Source of the DNA: a virus
Taxonomy: Duplodnaviria; Heunggongvirae; Uroviricota; Caudoviricetes
IMG/VR virus record: IMGVR_UViG_3300037789_000070
Span: 202,576 to 266,575 of that record
DNA length: 64,000 nucleotides
Reading direction: 5' to 3' (one strand)
Shown here: piece after piece, positions 9,256 to 18,608 of the stretch
Layout: every line of letters starts with the position of its first letter
How positions within the stretch are numbered: position 1 is the stretch's first letter
Position numbers and translations under genes: made by a program
Notes under the pieces: generated by a model
Seen by the model: only the letters and a program-made list of their open reading frames with translations
Told to the model about the DNA's origin: nothing
Database searches by the model: none

Positions 9256-10269
9256 CTAACGAATAAGTTTCGGATGTATCTTAAATGACAAATATGTTCC
9301 GCCAAGAGTAGCAGTATTGATGTCTGCCGAAACAGACCGAACAACTTTATTTAGAAGGCCCAAGGTCAATTCATCTACATCTACTTGTCTAAGGTCAATA
9401 GTAGCTTCTTGAGTTTCGCTCTCTACCATCACCTTAACGTCCTCAAAACCTTCAATCTGTTGTAAGATAGACTTGATGTTTTTAGAAATAGAGATGTCCT
9501 GATCTGTCTTCTTGTCCTCTGGACTGAGATCGTCTTCGATTACGTTTTCGCCCAAAACAGCCATAGCAGACTTCAAATCAACCTTATCTTTGATTAACTT
9601 GAGATCACTTGGTTTTTCAGTATGGGGGCCGCTTTCAACAACGACACGACCGTTTTCAAAGGAACAAGAATAGTAACCTTTTTTGTGGTTTTCTCCGATC
9701 AATTCTCTCAAACCCAAATGAGTTGTAGTGAATTTACGAACACGCTCCTGTTCGTCACGGATTCGATCAAATTCTTCTTCCTTCATCTGTCTAACGATAC
9801 GAGAGATACTACCGGTACCCACCATATCATCGCAGCAACCATCAATATGATCGGAGGAAGCATCTCCGTAATCAGAAGCTAACACTGATTTATAATCATC
9901 AGCTTCTTCAACATCTGCACCAATAGCATCTGCCGCTTCCATACCATCAATTTCTACACAAACAGAACTTGAAGGGAATTGAGTTTCCAAGGAAATTTGG
10001 TCAGCAATAGCATCAATGCCGCTTTCCGGTAAGATAGTAATAGTCGCTTCAATTTTAGAAACAAATCCAAACTCAACACCGGGGAATTGAGGAGGAAGAC
10101 GAACTCCCTCCTCCTCATAATATTGAATTTCGGTGGCACCATATCTGTCAAGAACAGTATTGATGCGTCTGCTGATTTCCTGATCTTCAATATTACCAAG
10201 AATGTAGACCTCTATTTTATATTCTTGGTCATTTTCACTAATGTATTCAAATAAACTTTTTTTAGACAT
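9256..10269 (-). CDS. probable head/virion protein (337 aa; start revised to MSKKSLFEYISE)
   Basis: N-terminal FEYISE resembles a prohead-protease/capsid-targeting motif; late-gene context. Confidence 0.65.
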   Translation of the reverse strand: MSKKSLFEYISENDQEYKIEVYILGNIEDQEISRRINTVLDRYGATEIQYYEEEGVRLPPQFPGVEFGFVSKIEATITILPESGIDAIADQISLETQFPSSSVCVEIDGMEAADAIGADVEEADDYKSVLASDYGDASSDHIDGCCDDMVGTGSISRIVRQMKEEEFDRIRDEQERVRKFTTTHLGLRELIGENHKKGYYSCSFENGRVVVESGPHTEKPSDLKLIKDKVDLKSAMAVLGENVIEDDLSPEDKKTDQDISISKNIKSILQQIEGFEDVKVMVESETQEATIDLRQVDVDELTLGLLNKVVRSVSADINTATLGGTYLSFKIHPKLIR

Positions 10270-10285
10270 TCTTTTTCTTTCGTTA

Positions 10286-12373
10286 TTAGTCAGTTTCAAC
10301 CTTAACAGTAGGAGGCTCACCCGGAGTCAGTTCGCCGTCAGCAGCATAGTATTCATTATACATATTATCTACCGTTTCTTCTACGTTGACTGCCGAGACA
10401 GTGATGTGACAATCTTTAGGTAGGGGCTTTTTAGCAACTTTTGCACCAAACCAAACTTGCGAAGCAACAAAATCTTCGGGCCAGTTTTCAAGATTTGAAG
10501 GGAAGGTAACAATGCCCTGAGTTAGTGGATCATCATCACCTTCATCACCGGTAATACTTCTAATTCCTTTTGGAAGTTTTGTAATTGGTGTATTTGTTAA
10601 ATTGATACTACCACGAGGTTCAACCACTTCAATGTTTTCGATTTCTTCTTCGCCAACCTTCAATCCTTCGGGAAGCTTAGAACATTTTGAATTAGAAAGA
10701 TCTAATGAATGGCCCACTTTCTTAGGCTTGAAACTTGTGATTGCGGTTTCAGACAAATCTGCATAACCTCTGATATGCACTGATGAATCAATATCAGAAA
10801 GATTACTTCCTTTTGCAGAAAGATCGCCGAGAGAAACTTTCGGCCCGATACGTTTCACCGAGGTTCCAGAAAGTGAAAGTGATTGAATTTCTACTTTAGT
10901 GATTTCTTCAATTCCACACTCACTAATGACCACATTATCAAATTTACCCATAGGGAAATTTTTAAGACCAACACAATTATTAATTTCAAAACGACCATCA
11001 ACCTTCAAGTCCTGCGGCAGTTTACCAAGGCGGCTGGATTCTCGGATTATAAGATTGCCCTTAACATGCATTTTTTTCGGAAGGGTTTTAGCGCCACCAC
11101 GCCACCCCCAACCACTAATGGTCACATTATCAGAAAAGGTAATATTATCCGGAAGTTCTGGATCAGCAAGAAGATTGATGAAGTCTCGGTTCCCTTCAAC
11201 TTCCTTACCTGCCATTTCACTCCATGAGAGAAGTTCACCATCAGAAGTTTTAATGAGACCAATACTCTCAAGTTCTTCATTAGTTAGATCAGAGTTTTTC
11301 AGTTGTTCACGAGAGAATTTAGTCTTTGCTTCTTCGAGAGGTGCAAGCTCATTATCAACCCTGACCAAACCAAGCTTACGAAGCTGATTTCGAGTGAAGT
11401 TCAGCTTTGCAAGTTCTTCTTTGGGAAGCTTTGAAATACCAAATCGATCAAAGTATTTGGCATTTTTACCTTCACCGACTTTCATAATACGGGCACGCTC
11501 AAGGTAATGGCCATCATCGACATCCATTTGATAATTATTCAAGAAAGCGATAATAGCTGGGGTGTATTTGTGATCTGGTGCCTGATTATTTTTACCATGA
11601 AGCTGTAAAACGCGCTTCTTATTAGCTTCAATAGTCACATGTGGTTCATTGTTTTTATCACGAAGTGAATAAAATTGCGACCTTCCACTCTTGAGGGCTT
11701 CATCATAACCATAACCGGAACCAATACAGTGTCGCATGAAATATGTTTCACGACGCATAACAGGATTAGTGGAAGAAAGGGTATAATTATGAACTTGCAT
11801 TCCAAGGGGAATATCTTTGGCAAGAGAAGGCAAATCTTTATCAGTGACAGGTTTAATCGAAATCCAACGCGACCCGTCATTGAACGACATAAGAACTTCT
11901 ACACCATCGCTGTCATCAAAAACGTCATTACTAGACTGAATGATGTCGTCTTCCCCGGACCAGTTATGAGCCTTGTTAAGAACCTCACCAACATCCCATC
12001 TAGACAAATCCTGTTGCGGTCGAGAATGAACAAGAAACCAGTCGATCACATGCCGCATTTCCAAAGAAAATTCTTCATCTAGTTCAAGCTCGAAGACTTC
12101 ATTATTGTCCAAGAAATCTTGGAGACTTTCAGGACCACCAGCCTGTTTAACCAGCCAGTCTGGAAGACCAGCACGAGCTTTATTAACTTGAACGACCCCT
12201 TCAAAGGAATTGATCATCCATTTACGTAAATTCTTTTGAAACCATTTACGAATGTTAGGACGATCAGAGGGAACATCATTGATGATTTTTCCAATATAAT
12301 TATCAAGTTCATCGACATTGATGACGTTACGACCCTTAGATTCATTAAGTTTGGTAAGTTCGTCCAGATTCAT
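10286..12373 (-). CDS. PcfJ-like domain plus leucine-rich-repeat protein
   Basis: ETYFMRHCIG...YSLRDKNNEPHVTIE...QLHGKNN core, then LPxxLxVxGxLxL-type repeats. Confidence 0.7.
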   Translation of the reverse strand: MNLDELTKLNESKGRNVINVDELDNYIGKIINDVPSDRPNIRKWFQKNLRKWMINSFEGVVQVNKARAGLPDWLVKQAGGPESLQDFLDNNEVFELELDEEFSLEMRHVIDWFLVHSRPQQDLSRWDVGEVLNKAHNWSGEDDIIQSSNDVFDDSDGVEVLMSFNDGSRWISIKPVTDKDLPSLAKDIPLGMQVHNYTLSSTNPVMRRETYFMRHCIGSGYGYDEALKSGRSQFYSLRDKNNEPHVTIEANKKRVLQLHGKNNQAPDHKYTPAIIAFLNNYQMDVDDGHYLERARIMKVGEGKNAKYFDRFGISKLPKEELAKLNFTRNQLRKLGLVRVDNELAPLEEAKTKFSREQLKNSDLTNEELESIGLIKTSDGELLSWSEMAGKEVEGNRDFINLLADPELPDNITFSDNVTISGWGWRGGAKTLPKKMHVKGNLIIRESSRLGKLPQDLKVDGRFEINNCVGLKNFPMGKFDNVVISECGIEEITKVEIQSLSLSGTSVKRIGPKVSLGDLSAKGSNLSDIDSSVHIRGYADLSETAITSFKPKKVGHSLDLSNSKCSKLPEGLKVGEEEIENIEVVEPRGSINLTNTPITKLPKGIRSITGDEGDDDPLTQGIVTFPSNLENWPEDFVASQVWFGAKVAKKPLPKDCHITVSAVNVEETVDNMYNEYYAADGELTPGEPPTVKVETD

Positions 12374-13083
12374 TACCTAATCCTTTTATTCACAGCAGAA
12401 CCGCCATCGGGTTCATAATATACGTAATTGAAAACTTGCCCAGAACCATGCTCTTCTTGCATTACATAGTATCTCTGACCATCAAAATCCAATACCACAG
12501 CACGACCGCCTTTGTAAAGCTCTTTTGGTATTCCGAAAGCTGATAGCTCATTCCATTCTTCGATAAATGTGCCATTCTTTAAAAGAAAACCTGCGAACTT
12601 TCTAACATCTTCAGTTTTTGAGCCAGCAAGATCAGTGGCAACAAAACAATTATAAAGGTCCATACCTAATTGATCTCTAAAGAAAGGAACAAAAGCTCCC
12701 CTAACAAAATCATTTTGAAACATCGGAAGTTTAGAAACCTTATACCATTCCAATTCAGACTTTTCCGGTCCACTGGTAGATACTTCAGTAGATTGTTTTA
12801 CTGGGAGTTTGTTTCTTTCCGCACCTCCATTTCCCAATTCATGAGTATGTACGTGGGAAATGATGTCTGTATGAGTATCTGGTAGAGGTGTGTCTTCATA
12901 TCCTGCCGTTTGTACGTTACTGGAAAATTGAGACATGACCTCGCCGCCGCCAGATACATTAGAGATTTCTGTGGGACCCCCATCCATCACTTTACCCACT
13001 GGAGGTGCAGCTACAGAGGTTTTGTCCTTTTTATCAATTTCATTATCTTCGAGTAAAGAGCTTAGAAGCTTTTCATAATTCAT
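12373..13083 (-). CDS. hypothetical late protein (236 aa)
   Basis: N-terminal LLSSLLE motif; late promoter upstream. Confidence 0.7.
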   Translation of the reverse strand: MNYEKLLSSLLEDNEIDKKDKTSVAAPPVGKVMDGGPTEISNVSGGGEVMSQFSSNVQTAGYEDTPLPDTHTDIISHVHTHELGNGGAERNKLPVKQSTEVSTSGPEKSELEWYKVSKLPMFQNDFVRGAFVPFFRDQLGMDLYNCFVATDLAGSKTEDVRKFAGFLLKNGTFIEEWNELSAFGIPKELYKGGRAVVLDFDGQRYYVMQEEHGSGQVFNYVYYEPDGGSAVNKRIR

Positions 13084-13123
13084 TAAACATTTCCCACTAA
13101 AACCAATGATTTGGCACTATTTT

Positions 13124-13129
13124 TATTTA
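13124..13129 (-). promoter_or_regulatory. late promoter TAAATA
   Basis: consensus core about 40 nt upstream of 13083. Confidence 0.5.
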
Positions 13130-13144
13130 CCAAAAAATACAGAT

Positions 13145-13672
13145 TTATGACTCGTCCTTCTCATTCTCAGATTTAATTTGTCTTAATAAAGTTTCTCTAT
13201 CGCCATAATAGTTATTAATGTTTACACTTCCTCCGCCGTTATCTATTGAATTATTAGTATGCTTAGAGACTTCCATTTTAGTCTTAATAAGGTTCAAACC
13301 AAAATCTTGCTTATGTTTGATCGCACGTGTGGTTTCAGACATTAAATTTGCGGCAACTTCTAGTGCCCGATTTTTTGAACGTGGCTCAAGACCATCCGAA
13401 AACGAAATTGTTTCTCTTACAGCCTTCAACCCTTCTTTAATAAGCACATCAATAGCATCGTTGGCTTCGTTTATACGATCAATGTCGGAGCCAACTTCGA
13501 GAGCTTGACCGTTTTCAGGAGATGTCTCACTTGCCTCTACAATTTCGGTGGTAACTTTTTGATCATCAATTTCATATTCAGTTACAGTTTTTCTTTCCTC
13601 GGCTTCTTTTTCCAAGTCTTCTTGACTTAAAGCGTTTTCAATTCCTAATATTTCGCTAACAGTTTTGGCCAT
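13145..13672 (-). CDS. gp16: terminase small subunit
   Basis: helical core RALEVAANLM, C-terminal NNYYGDRETLL, context. Confidence 0.7.
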   Translation of the reverse strand: MAKTVSEILGIENALSQEDLEKEAEERKTVTEYEIDDQKVTTEIVEASETSPENGQALEVGSDIDRINEANDAIDVLIKEGLKAVRETISFSDGLEPRSKNRALEVAANLMSETTRAIKHKQDFGLNLIKTKMEVSKHTNNSIDNGGGSVNINNYYGDRETLLRQIKSENEKDES

Positions 13673-14326
13673 TTATCTTCTCTTTCTATTAGTTCTTTTT
13701 GTCACCCTTCTACTAGGTGCAGTTGGCCGAGTTGGACGCATAGTATTTCTAGTCTTCTTGACTCCACTAGTTGAATTAGTAGTTCTTTTTTTAATTGACT
13801 TTTTCTTAAGACTAGTTCCCTTTTTTGAAAGATTTACTTTCAACTTAGGTTGAGTTCTTGGTGCTATTGGGGGAGGGGGAGTTTTACCAGTATTAAACAA
13901 ATTATCCTCCGTAAGAACAGCAAACTGAATACCTCTTCGCTGACACCACCAACTAGCAGCAGCCCATTTTGCTTGGTTCCTAATAATACTCATACTATCA
14001 GCAACATTCTTAGCTTCGTTCACACCGCTTTCATGTTTAGGTTTAATTTCTACAAGAATAGTTTTAAATGAACCTTTACTGTCTCTTAGAGTAACCAAAA
14101 AATCTGGTATATAAATGCTTTGTTTTGTTTTGCCGTTTTCAGTAATTCTAGTTGGGTCAGTATAAGGTATCTTATGGGGTTCAGAACTCCATTTGACTAC
14201 ATCATCCATAAGATCACATTTTTTGGCAAATATTACTTCCCAAGAAGATCTTAACCATATAGGATAAGTCCCATTATATTTTTCTGGGTTCTTCGGAATA
14301 AATTTTACTGGTTCAGGACGCGCCAT
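13673..14326 (-). CDS. gp4: head completion nuclease (T4 gp4/TnsA-like) with basic C-terminal tail
   Basis: KFIPKNPEKYNG, RSSWE, WSSE, YIPDF, LVEIKP, NQAKWAAA motifs. Confidence 0.9.
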   Translation of the reverse strand: MARPEPVKFIPKNPEKYNGTYPIWLRSSWEVIFAKKCDLMDDVVKWSSEPHKIPYTDPTRITENGKTKQSIYIPDFLVTLRDSKGSFKTILVEIKPKHESGVNEAKNVADSMSIIRNQAKWAAASWWCQRRGIQFAVLTEDNLFNTGKTPPPPIAPRTQPKLKVNLSKKGTSLKKKSIKKRTTNSTSGVKKTRNTMRPTRPTAPSRRVTKRTNRKRR

Positions 14327-14330
14327 GTTT

Positions 14331-15593
14331 TTACCACTTATCTATGATGATCCAAGGCTTGCCTTCCCAAATAGTACCCCTCATAATATCTGTCGAACTA
14401 TCAGATGCTTTGTATGGATCATCTACTGGGAATTTGGCTTTACCATCACTTCCAGTTACAGTTTCATCTGGAAACGCTATCTTGCCTACATTACCAACGC
14501 TCTTGGCAATTCTCCTACCAGCGCCCAAAATCCCGACAATATCAAGTTGTTCGGCACGCTGTTTTCCAAGTTTAGTGGCTGTTATAATATTTCTGACATC
14601 TTGAATGGGCGTTCCTTTTGCGCCGCTTTGGAAGATACCTCTGGCCAAATCACGAGGGTTTATCTTCCCGCCCTGAATTCCTCCGGACAGAATAGAAGGA
14701 AGGTCCCTCGATAGATTTTCGCCTATCTGATCAAAGATGCCTCCAAGAGTATCTTCCTTGAGAACATCGTCAAAAGCGCCAGACCGTTCTGCATCTAATA
14801 AGGATGTTGATGATCCGCCCTTGCCTATTTGAGAAAAGATGAAGCCATACTTGGTCATGGGTTCGGCTATTAATTCATAAAACCCTTCATATTCTAATGT
14901 CAGAGTTATTCCGGTCTTTCCACTCCGATCTTCATAATCCAGATTATCCCAAGTAACATCACTAATAACGGGATTAACGATGTGATATACGTTTACTGAT
15001 TGAGGTGCAGTACCAAGATCGAAGATACTAATACTACTGAAAAAATGACGAGCGCCGGGCCTGACCCTCATACCAACACTTGGCAAATTACCTTCACGAG
15101 AGTTTTCACCCAATCTATCACCAAAATCAATAGAAGAACCAGCAGCACCAGTATAGTGATAAAAGTTTCTATAATTCTTAAGCATCCCGGCTATATGAGA
15201 AGTAGTATCATCAAATAAACCAACAGATATAGGTTTGTATTCAATACGAGTTGGGACATTACGAACAGTGTTATTGTTACGCATTTTCTCAATATTATAG
15301 GAAAATTGTGGATGATCTATTGTTTTTGTTGAGGCCAATATTTTGCCTGTACTTACTGCCTCATTAAATCCACTTGTGATTGCTTCTGGATTGATATTGA
15401 ACAGACAGAACCAAGTATATTTCGGTCTGGGGATTGACATTATAGGAGCAGTAGCATTAGTCTGCCCCGACTCAAATCCTCTGATTTGAGAACCATAGTT
15501 TACTGAGGGAAATGTTTCCCCTTGAGAGTAGCCATTTTCGCTAGGTAATGGACTAGCAGCCAAAGCTTTAGTAATTGGTGTTTCGTTAGCCAA
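14331..15593 (-). CDS. tail-tube-like baseplate protein (gp48/gp54-like tube initiator)
   Basis: tube-fold pattern IDHPQFSYNIE...IEYKPISVGLFDD...LDY...LTLEYE; TTG start after GGA SD. Confidence 0.7.
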   Translation of the reverse strand: MANETPITKALAASPLPSENGYSQGETFPSVNYGSQIRGFESGQTNATAPIMSIPRPKYTWFCLFNINPEAITSGFNEAVSTGKILASTKTIDHPQFSYNIEKMRNNNTVRNVPTRIEYKPISVGLFDDTTSHIAGMLKNYRNFYHYTGAAGSSIDFGDRLGENSREGNLPSVGMRVRPGARHFFSSISIFDLGTAPQSVNVYHIVNPVISDVTWDNLDYEDRSGKTGITLTLEYEGFYELIAEPMTKYGFIFSQIGKGGSSTSLLDAERSGAFDDVLKEDTLGGIFDQIGENLSRDLPSILSGGIQGGKINPRDLARGIFQSGAKGTPIQDVRNIITATKLGKQRAEQLDIVGILGAGRRIAKSVGNVGKIAFPDETVTGSDGKAKFPVDDPYKASDSSTDIMRGTIWEGKPWIIIDKW

Positions 15594-15614
15594 AATTATT
15601 TCCTATCATATAGA

Positions 15615-15620
15615 TATTTA
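15615..15620 (-). promoter_or_regulatory. late promoter TAAATA
   Basis: consensus core 21 nt upstream of the 15593 start. Confidence 0.6.
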
Positions 15621-15642
15621 AGGGGAGAAGAAAAGGAAAATT

Positions 15643-15825
15643 ATGAAAAGATTTTTGTATAATGTCTTAGGAGTGGAACTATTTCTCATAACCCTACTCA
15701 TCGTTTCAGTGAAAATAGGTTTTGACTCTTCTGCAATTGTATTGTTCCTATTAATCTGTTTTCTTTCCCTAGTAATTTTTGGAACAATTTTATATATTAT
15801 CGGCTTCCATAGAGGGAAAAAATGA
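15643..15825 (+). CDS. small membrane protein (60 aa)
   Basis: two hydrophobic segments; AGGA SD; ATGA overlap with next gene. Confidence 0.7.
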   Translation: MKRFLYNVLGVELFLITLLIVSVKIGFDSSAIVLFLLICFLSLVIFGTILYIIGFHRGKK

Positions 15826-16346
15826 AATTAAACCTCGAAAAATTTATATCCGGTGGACAGACAGGGGTCGATCAAGCAGGGCTAATAGCCGGTAAGCTTC
15901 TCGGGATTAAAACTGGTGGTTTTGCTCCCTATGGTTTCAAGACCGAAGATGGACCGGCTTTATGGCTGAGTCGGTTTGGTATGATCGAAACAACTTCAAA
16001 AGATTACAAATATCGAACCGTTTTGAATATCAAGAAGAGTGATGGAACTATTCTCGTTCATGATTTTTCCAAGAAGAGTCGTGGTTCGGTTTTAACCGAG
16101 AATACATGTGTTAACGAGGGGAAGCCGATATTATCTGTCAATTTCAGTATTGATCGTTATGACGAAGTGAAAAGTGAAGTACTGAATTTCCTGATTGACA
16201 ACAATATTAAAGTATGTAATATTGCTGGAAATAGGGAAAGTGTATCTCCGGGCATCTTCTATTTTACCAGAGATCTTTTGATGGACGTTGTGTTAGAATA
16301 TCGAACAGAAACGATTCCCGAACACTTATGGAAACTAAAAACGTGA
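15822..16346 (+). CDS. SLOG-family protein (putative molybdenum carrier / YpsA-like)
   Basis: ISGGQTGVDQAG, GGFAPYG, RTVLNIKKSDGT, NIAGNRES. Confidence 0.85.
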   Translation: MKLNLEKFISGGQTGVDQAGLIAGKLLGIKTGGFAPYGFKTEDGPALWLSRFGMIETTSKDYKYRTVLNIKKSDGTILVHDFSKKSRGSVLTENTCVNEGKPILSVNFSIDRYDEVKSEVLNFLIDNNIKVCNIAGNRESVSPGIFYFTRDLLMDVVLEYRTETIPEHLWKLKT

Positions 16347-17332
16347 ACAAGCCTCAAAAAATTATCTTTTCTACCAAGTTTGGGTCCAATTTATACGGAA
16401 CTGCATTGGAAGGTTCTGATGTAGATGTTCGTGCAGTATTTGTTCCTGAAAAAAGAGACATGTTGCTTGGTCGTGTAAACCATGATTACGTGAATCAGAC
16501 TGATGAACTTGATTATGCTGCAACATCTCTGCATCAATTTATCAAACATATTGTTGGGGGACAGTCTTTATTTCTAGACATGTTGTTTGCCCCAGAAACA
16601 ATGTGGACGACCGAAGCAGATGATATCTGGTTCTACCTGTATAATAATCGAGACAAACTTATCAATCGAAAATGTACCGGTATGCTTGGCTTTTTCCAAA
16701 AGCAGGCAGAAGCTAATGATGTTCGAGTTGAAAAATTTCAGAAACTTTCTCAACTTGTCGAACTTTTAGATAGTGATAGTTTACAATGTGATACTTTGGC
16801 CGTTTTGGGAAACGATTTTTTCCAAAGAATTCGTGACATCGATGAAAATTTCACAATTATCGAAAAAAGGGTTGGGACAAAAGTAGATGGTACTCCCAGA
16901 ATGATGGACCATCTTAAGATTTTTGAAAAAACATATCCCACCACAACATCTACTACAAATTTTAAAAGAAATTTGGAAGAATTCAGAAACAAGTTTGGGA
17001 AACGGATTTCACAGGCAGAAGGACGACATGATTGGAAAGCTATCTACCATTCCATTCGTATTGGTGAACAGATTGTCGAACTTTTAGAAACTGGGAAAAT
17101 TACTTTTCCTAGGCCAGAAGCTTCTTGGTTGATCGAAATTCGGAAAGGTAACGTGCCCTACGATGTTCTAAGAGCGTATATTGACAAACGCACAGAAGAC
17201 ATCAACCGTCTTTTGGAAACATCTCATATTCCAGAGGATAGTGATCATGAATGGATTGAAAACTTCATTTACGAGTTCAATTTGAATTATATCAGATTTG
17301 ATAGTTTTTATGTTCCGGGAATGTATCGATGA
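16328..17332 (+). CDS. Pol-beta-superfamily nucleotidyltransferase (RlaP/NrdC.11-like)
   Basis: FGSNLYGT...SDVDVR motif; C-terminal DWKAIYHSIR...ELLETG. Confidence 0.85.
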   Translation: METKNVNKPQKIIFSTKFGSNLYGTALEGSDVDVRAVFVPEKRDMLLGRVNHDYVNQTDELDYAATSLHQFIKHIVGGQSLFLDMLFAPETMWTTEADDIWFYLYNNRDKLINRKCTGMLGFFQKQAEANDVRVEKFQKLSQLVELLDSDSLQCDTLAVLGNDFFQRIRDIDENFTIIEKRVGTKVDGTPRMMDHLKIFEKTYPTTTSTTNFKRNLEEFRNKFGKRISQAEGRHDWKAIYHSIRIGEQIVELLETGKITFPRPEASWLIEIRKGNVPYDVLRAYIDKRTEDINRLLETSHIPEDSDHEWIENFIYEFNLNYIRFDSFYVPGMYR

Positions 17333-17535
17333 TTAAGAGTTTTATCTCGACCGTCCTTCTAATCACTCTTGTGGGGTGTACAGCAGGACCCAAAACCCTT
17401 ATAAGTGAAAAGCGCTACTGTCATTCTTATTCTGACAGTAGCGCTTATTCTTGTTTGAATGTTAGACGCTATAACAACGGCGAGTTAAAAATTGGTACCC
17501 ACGGAAGTTATTGGTTCTGGCCTAGTGGAAGGTGA
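17329..17535 (+). CDS. small lipoprotein
   Basis: signal peptide with lipobox LVG-C. Confidence 0.7.
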   Translation: MIKSFISTVLLITLVGCTAGPKTLISEKRYCHSYSDSSAYSCLNVRRYNNGELKIGTHGSYWFWPSGR

Positions 17536-17538
17536 AAC

Positions 17539-18198
17539 TTAAATAAAGCCACCAGCACCAGTAGAGAAGCTACCGACACGACCGTCAATCTCTGGACCGT
17601 GATCAAAGGTACCAAGACGATTACCCTCGGCATCGTAGCAAACAGCGTTATCAAAACGGATGTTAAGAGTAATTTCGCCCGGCCCGGCATTCTCATATGA
17701 AAGTTCTGAGGTTTCGTAGTTACTCAAGAATGCACCAACAACACACCACTTCTTGATAATGTTGGGGTCACTGGCATTGCCAGTAGCAGAAGCACCACCA
17801 GCAAGAACATCGATATCAAATTCAAACTTGAAGTTCTGGCCTGCACGAGAAGCAGTCTGGTCAAAGAAGTTATGCTGTTTACTTACCTGCTGATGAACTC
17901 TAGTAGAAACTGTGTTATCAATGTCATCAAATAGACGCATGGTGATTGGTTCCCATTCCACCTTAGTTGGAATGTATACGGTGCTGACATAACTGTACAA
18001 TGGAACTTCTTCAAAATTTGCCTTGGGGGTAGAAGTACTTCTCATAGCTCTGGTCAAATCATACGGAGCACTTTCGCCCGGATTGCCAAAGTTGTAAAAA
18101 GTAACTCTAAAGCGCTGAGTGTTGATCGGTTGCAATACGGCTGATCTGTCACCGTTTTGACCCGGAACACCAAAATTGACTAGAGACTGTACAGACAT
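17539..18198 (-). CDS. gp19: tail tube protein
   Basis: RFRVTF, KVEWEPITMRLFDD, ITLNIRFDNA; late promoter upstream. Confidence 0.88.
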   Translation of the reverse strand: MSVQSLVNFGVPGQNGDRSAVLQPINTQRFRVTFYNFGNPGESAPYDLTRAMRSTSTPKANFEEVPLYSYVSTVYIPTKVEWEPITMRLFDDIDNTVSTRVHQQVSKQHNFFDQTASRAGQNFKFEFDIDVLAGGASATGNASDPNIIKKWCVVGAFLSNYETSELSYENAGPGEITLNIRFDNAVCYDAEGNRLGTFDHGPEIDGRVGSFSTGAGGFI

Positions 18199-18228
18199 GT
18201 TTTATAACTCCTAATGATCGTCTATATC

Positions 18229-18234
18229 TATTTA
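18229..18234 (-). promoter_or_regulatory. late promoter TAAATA for the tail tube gene
   Basis: consensus core 30 nt upstream of ATG; AGGAG SD. Confidence 0.65.
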
Positions 18235-18273
18235 CAAAGGAGTTATATTTTTTGTTTATTCTCTACTTGAATA

Positions 18274-18600
18274 TTATGTTAGAAGACTTGGTTCTATGTC
18301 TGATGCATTTATTATTGCACGTATAGCGGCTTTAGAAACTATACTATCATTATGTTTTTTAATCACATTCTTAGCTAGTTTTAGATTTGCAGTGGCTTTT
18401 CTTCTAAATCTAGAAGCCAAATAAAGAAGAATTTTATCCTTCTTCTCTGATCTCATATTAAATTCGAAACCATCAACGATTATAGATGACCAGTCATACG
18501 TGTTGACATGAATTTTTGCATGATCAGAATGCCATAAATTTAGAACTTTCTCTGCAAGTTTATTTTCGTTTATAGGAGTTCTGAGATCTTCGATTTTCAT
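18274..18600 (-). CDS. hypothetical protein with possible capsid-targeting N-terminus
   Basis: MKIEDLRTPINE; TAAATA at 18606-18611 just upstream. Confidence 0.65.
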   Translation of the reverse strand: MKIEDLRTPINENKLAEKVLNLWHSDHAKIHVNTYDWSSIIVDGFEFNMRSEKKDKILLYLASRFRRKATANLKLAKNVIKKHNDSIVSKAAIRAIINASDIEPSLLT

Positions 18601-18608
18601 AGAAGTAT

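Noticed and set aside
9199-9258. TAG of the 9256 gene in frame with terminase
   Set aside because: A TAA occurs 16 codons downstream, within the late promoter.
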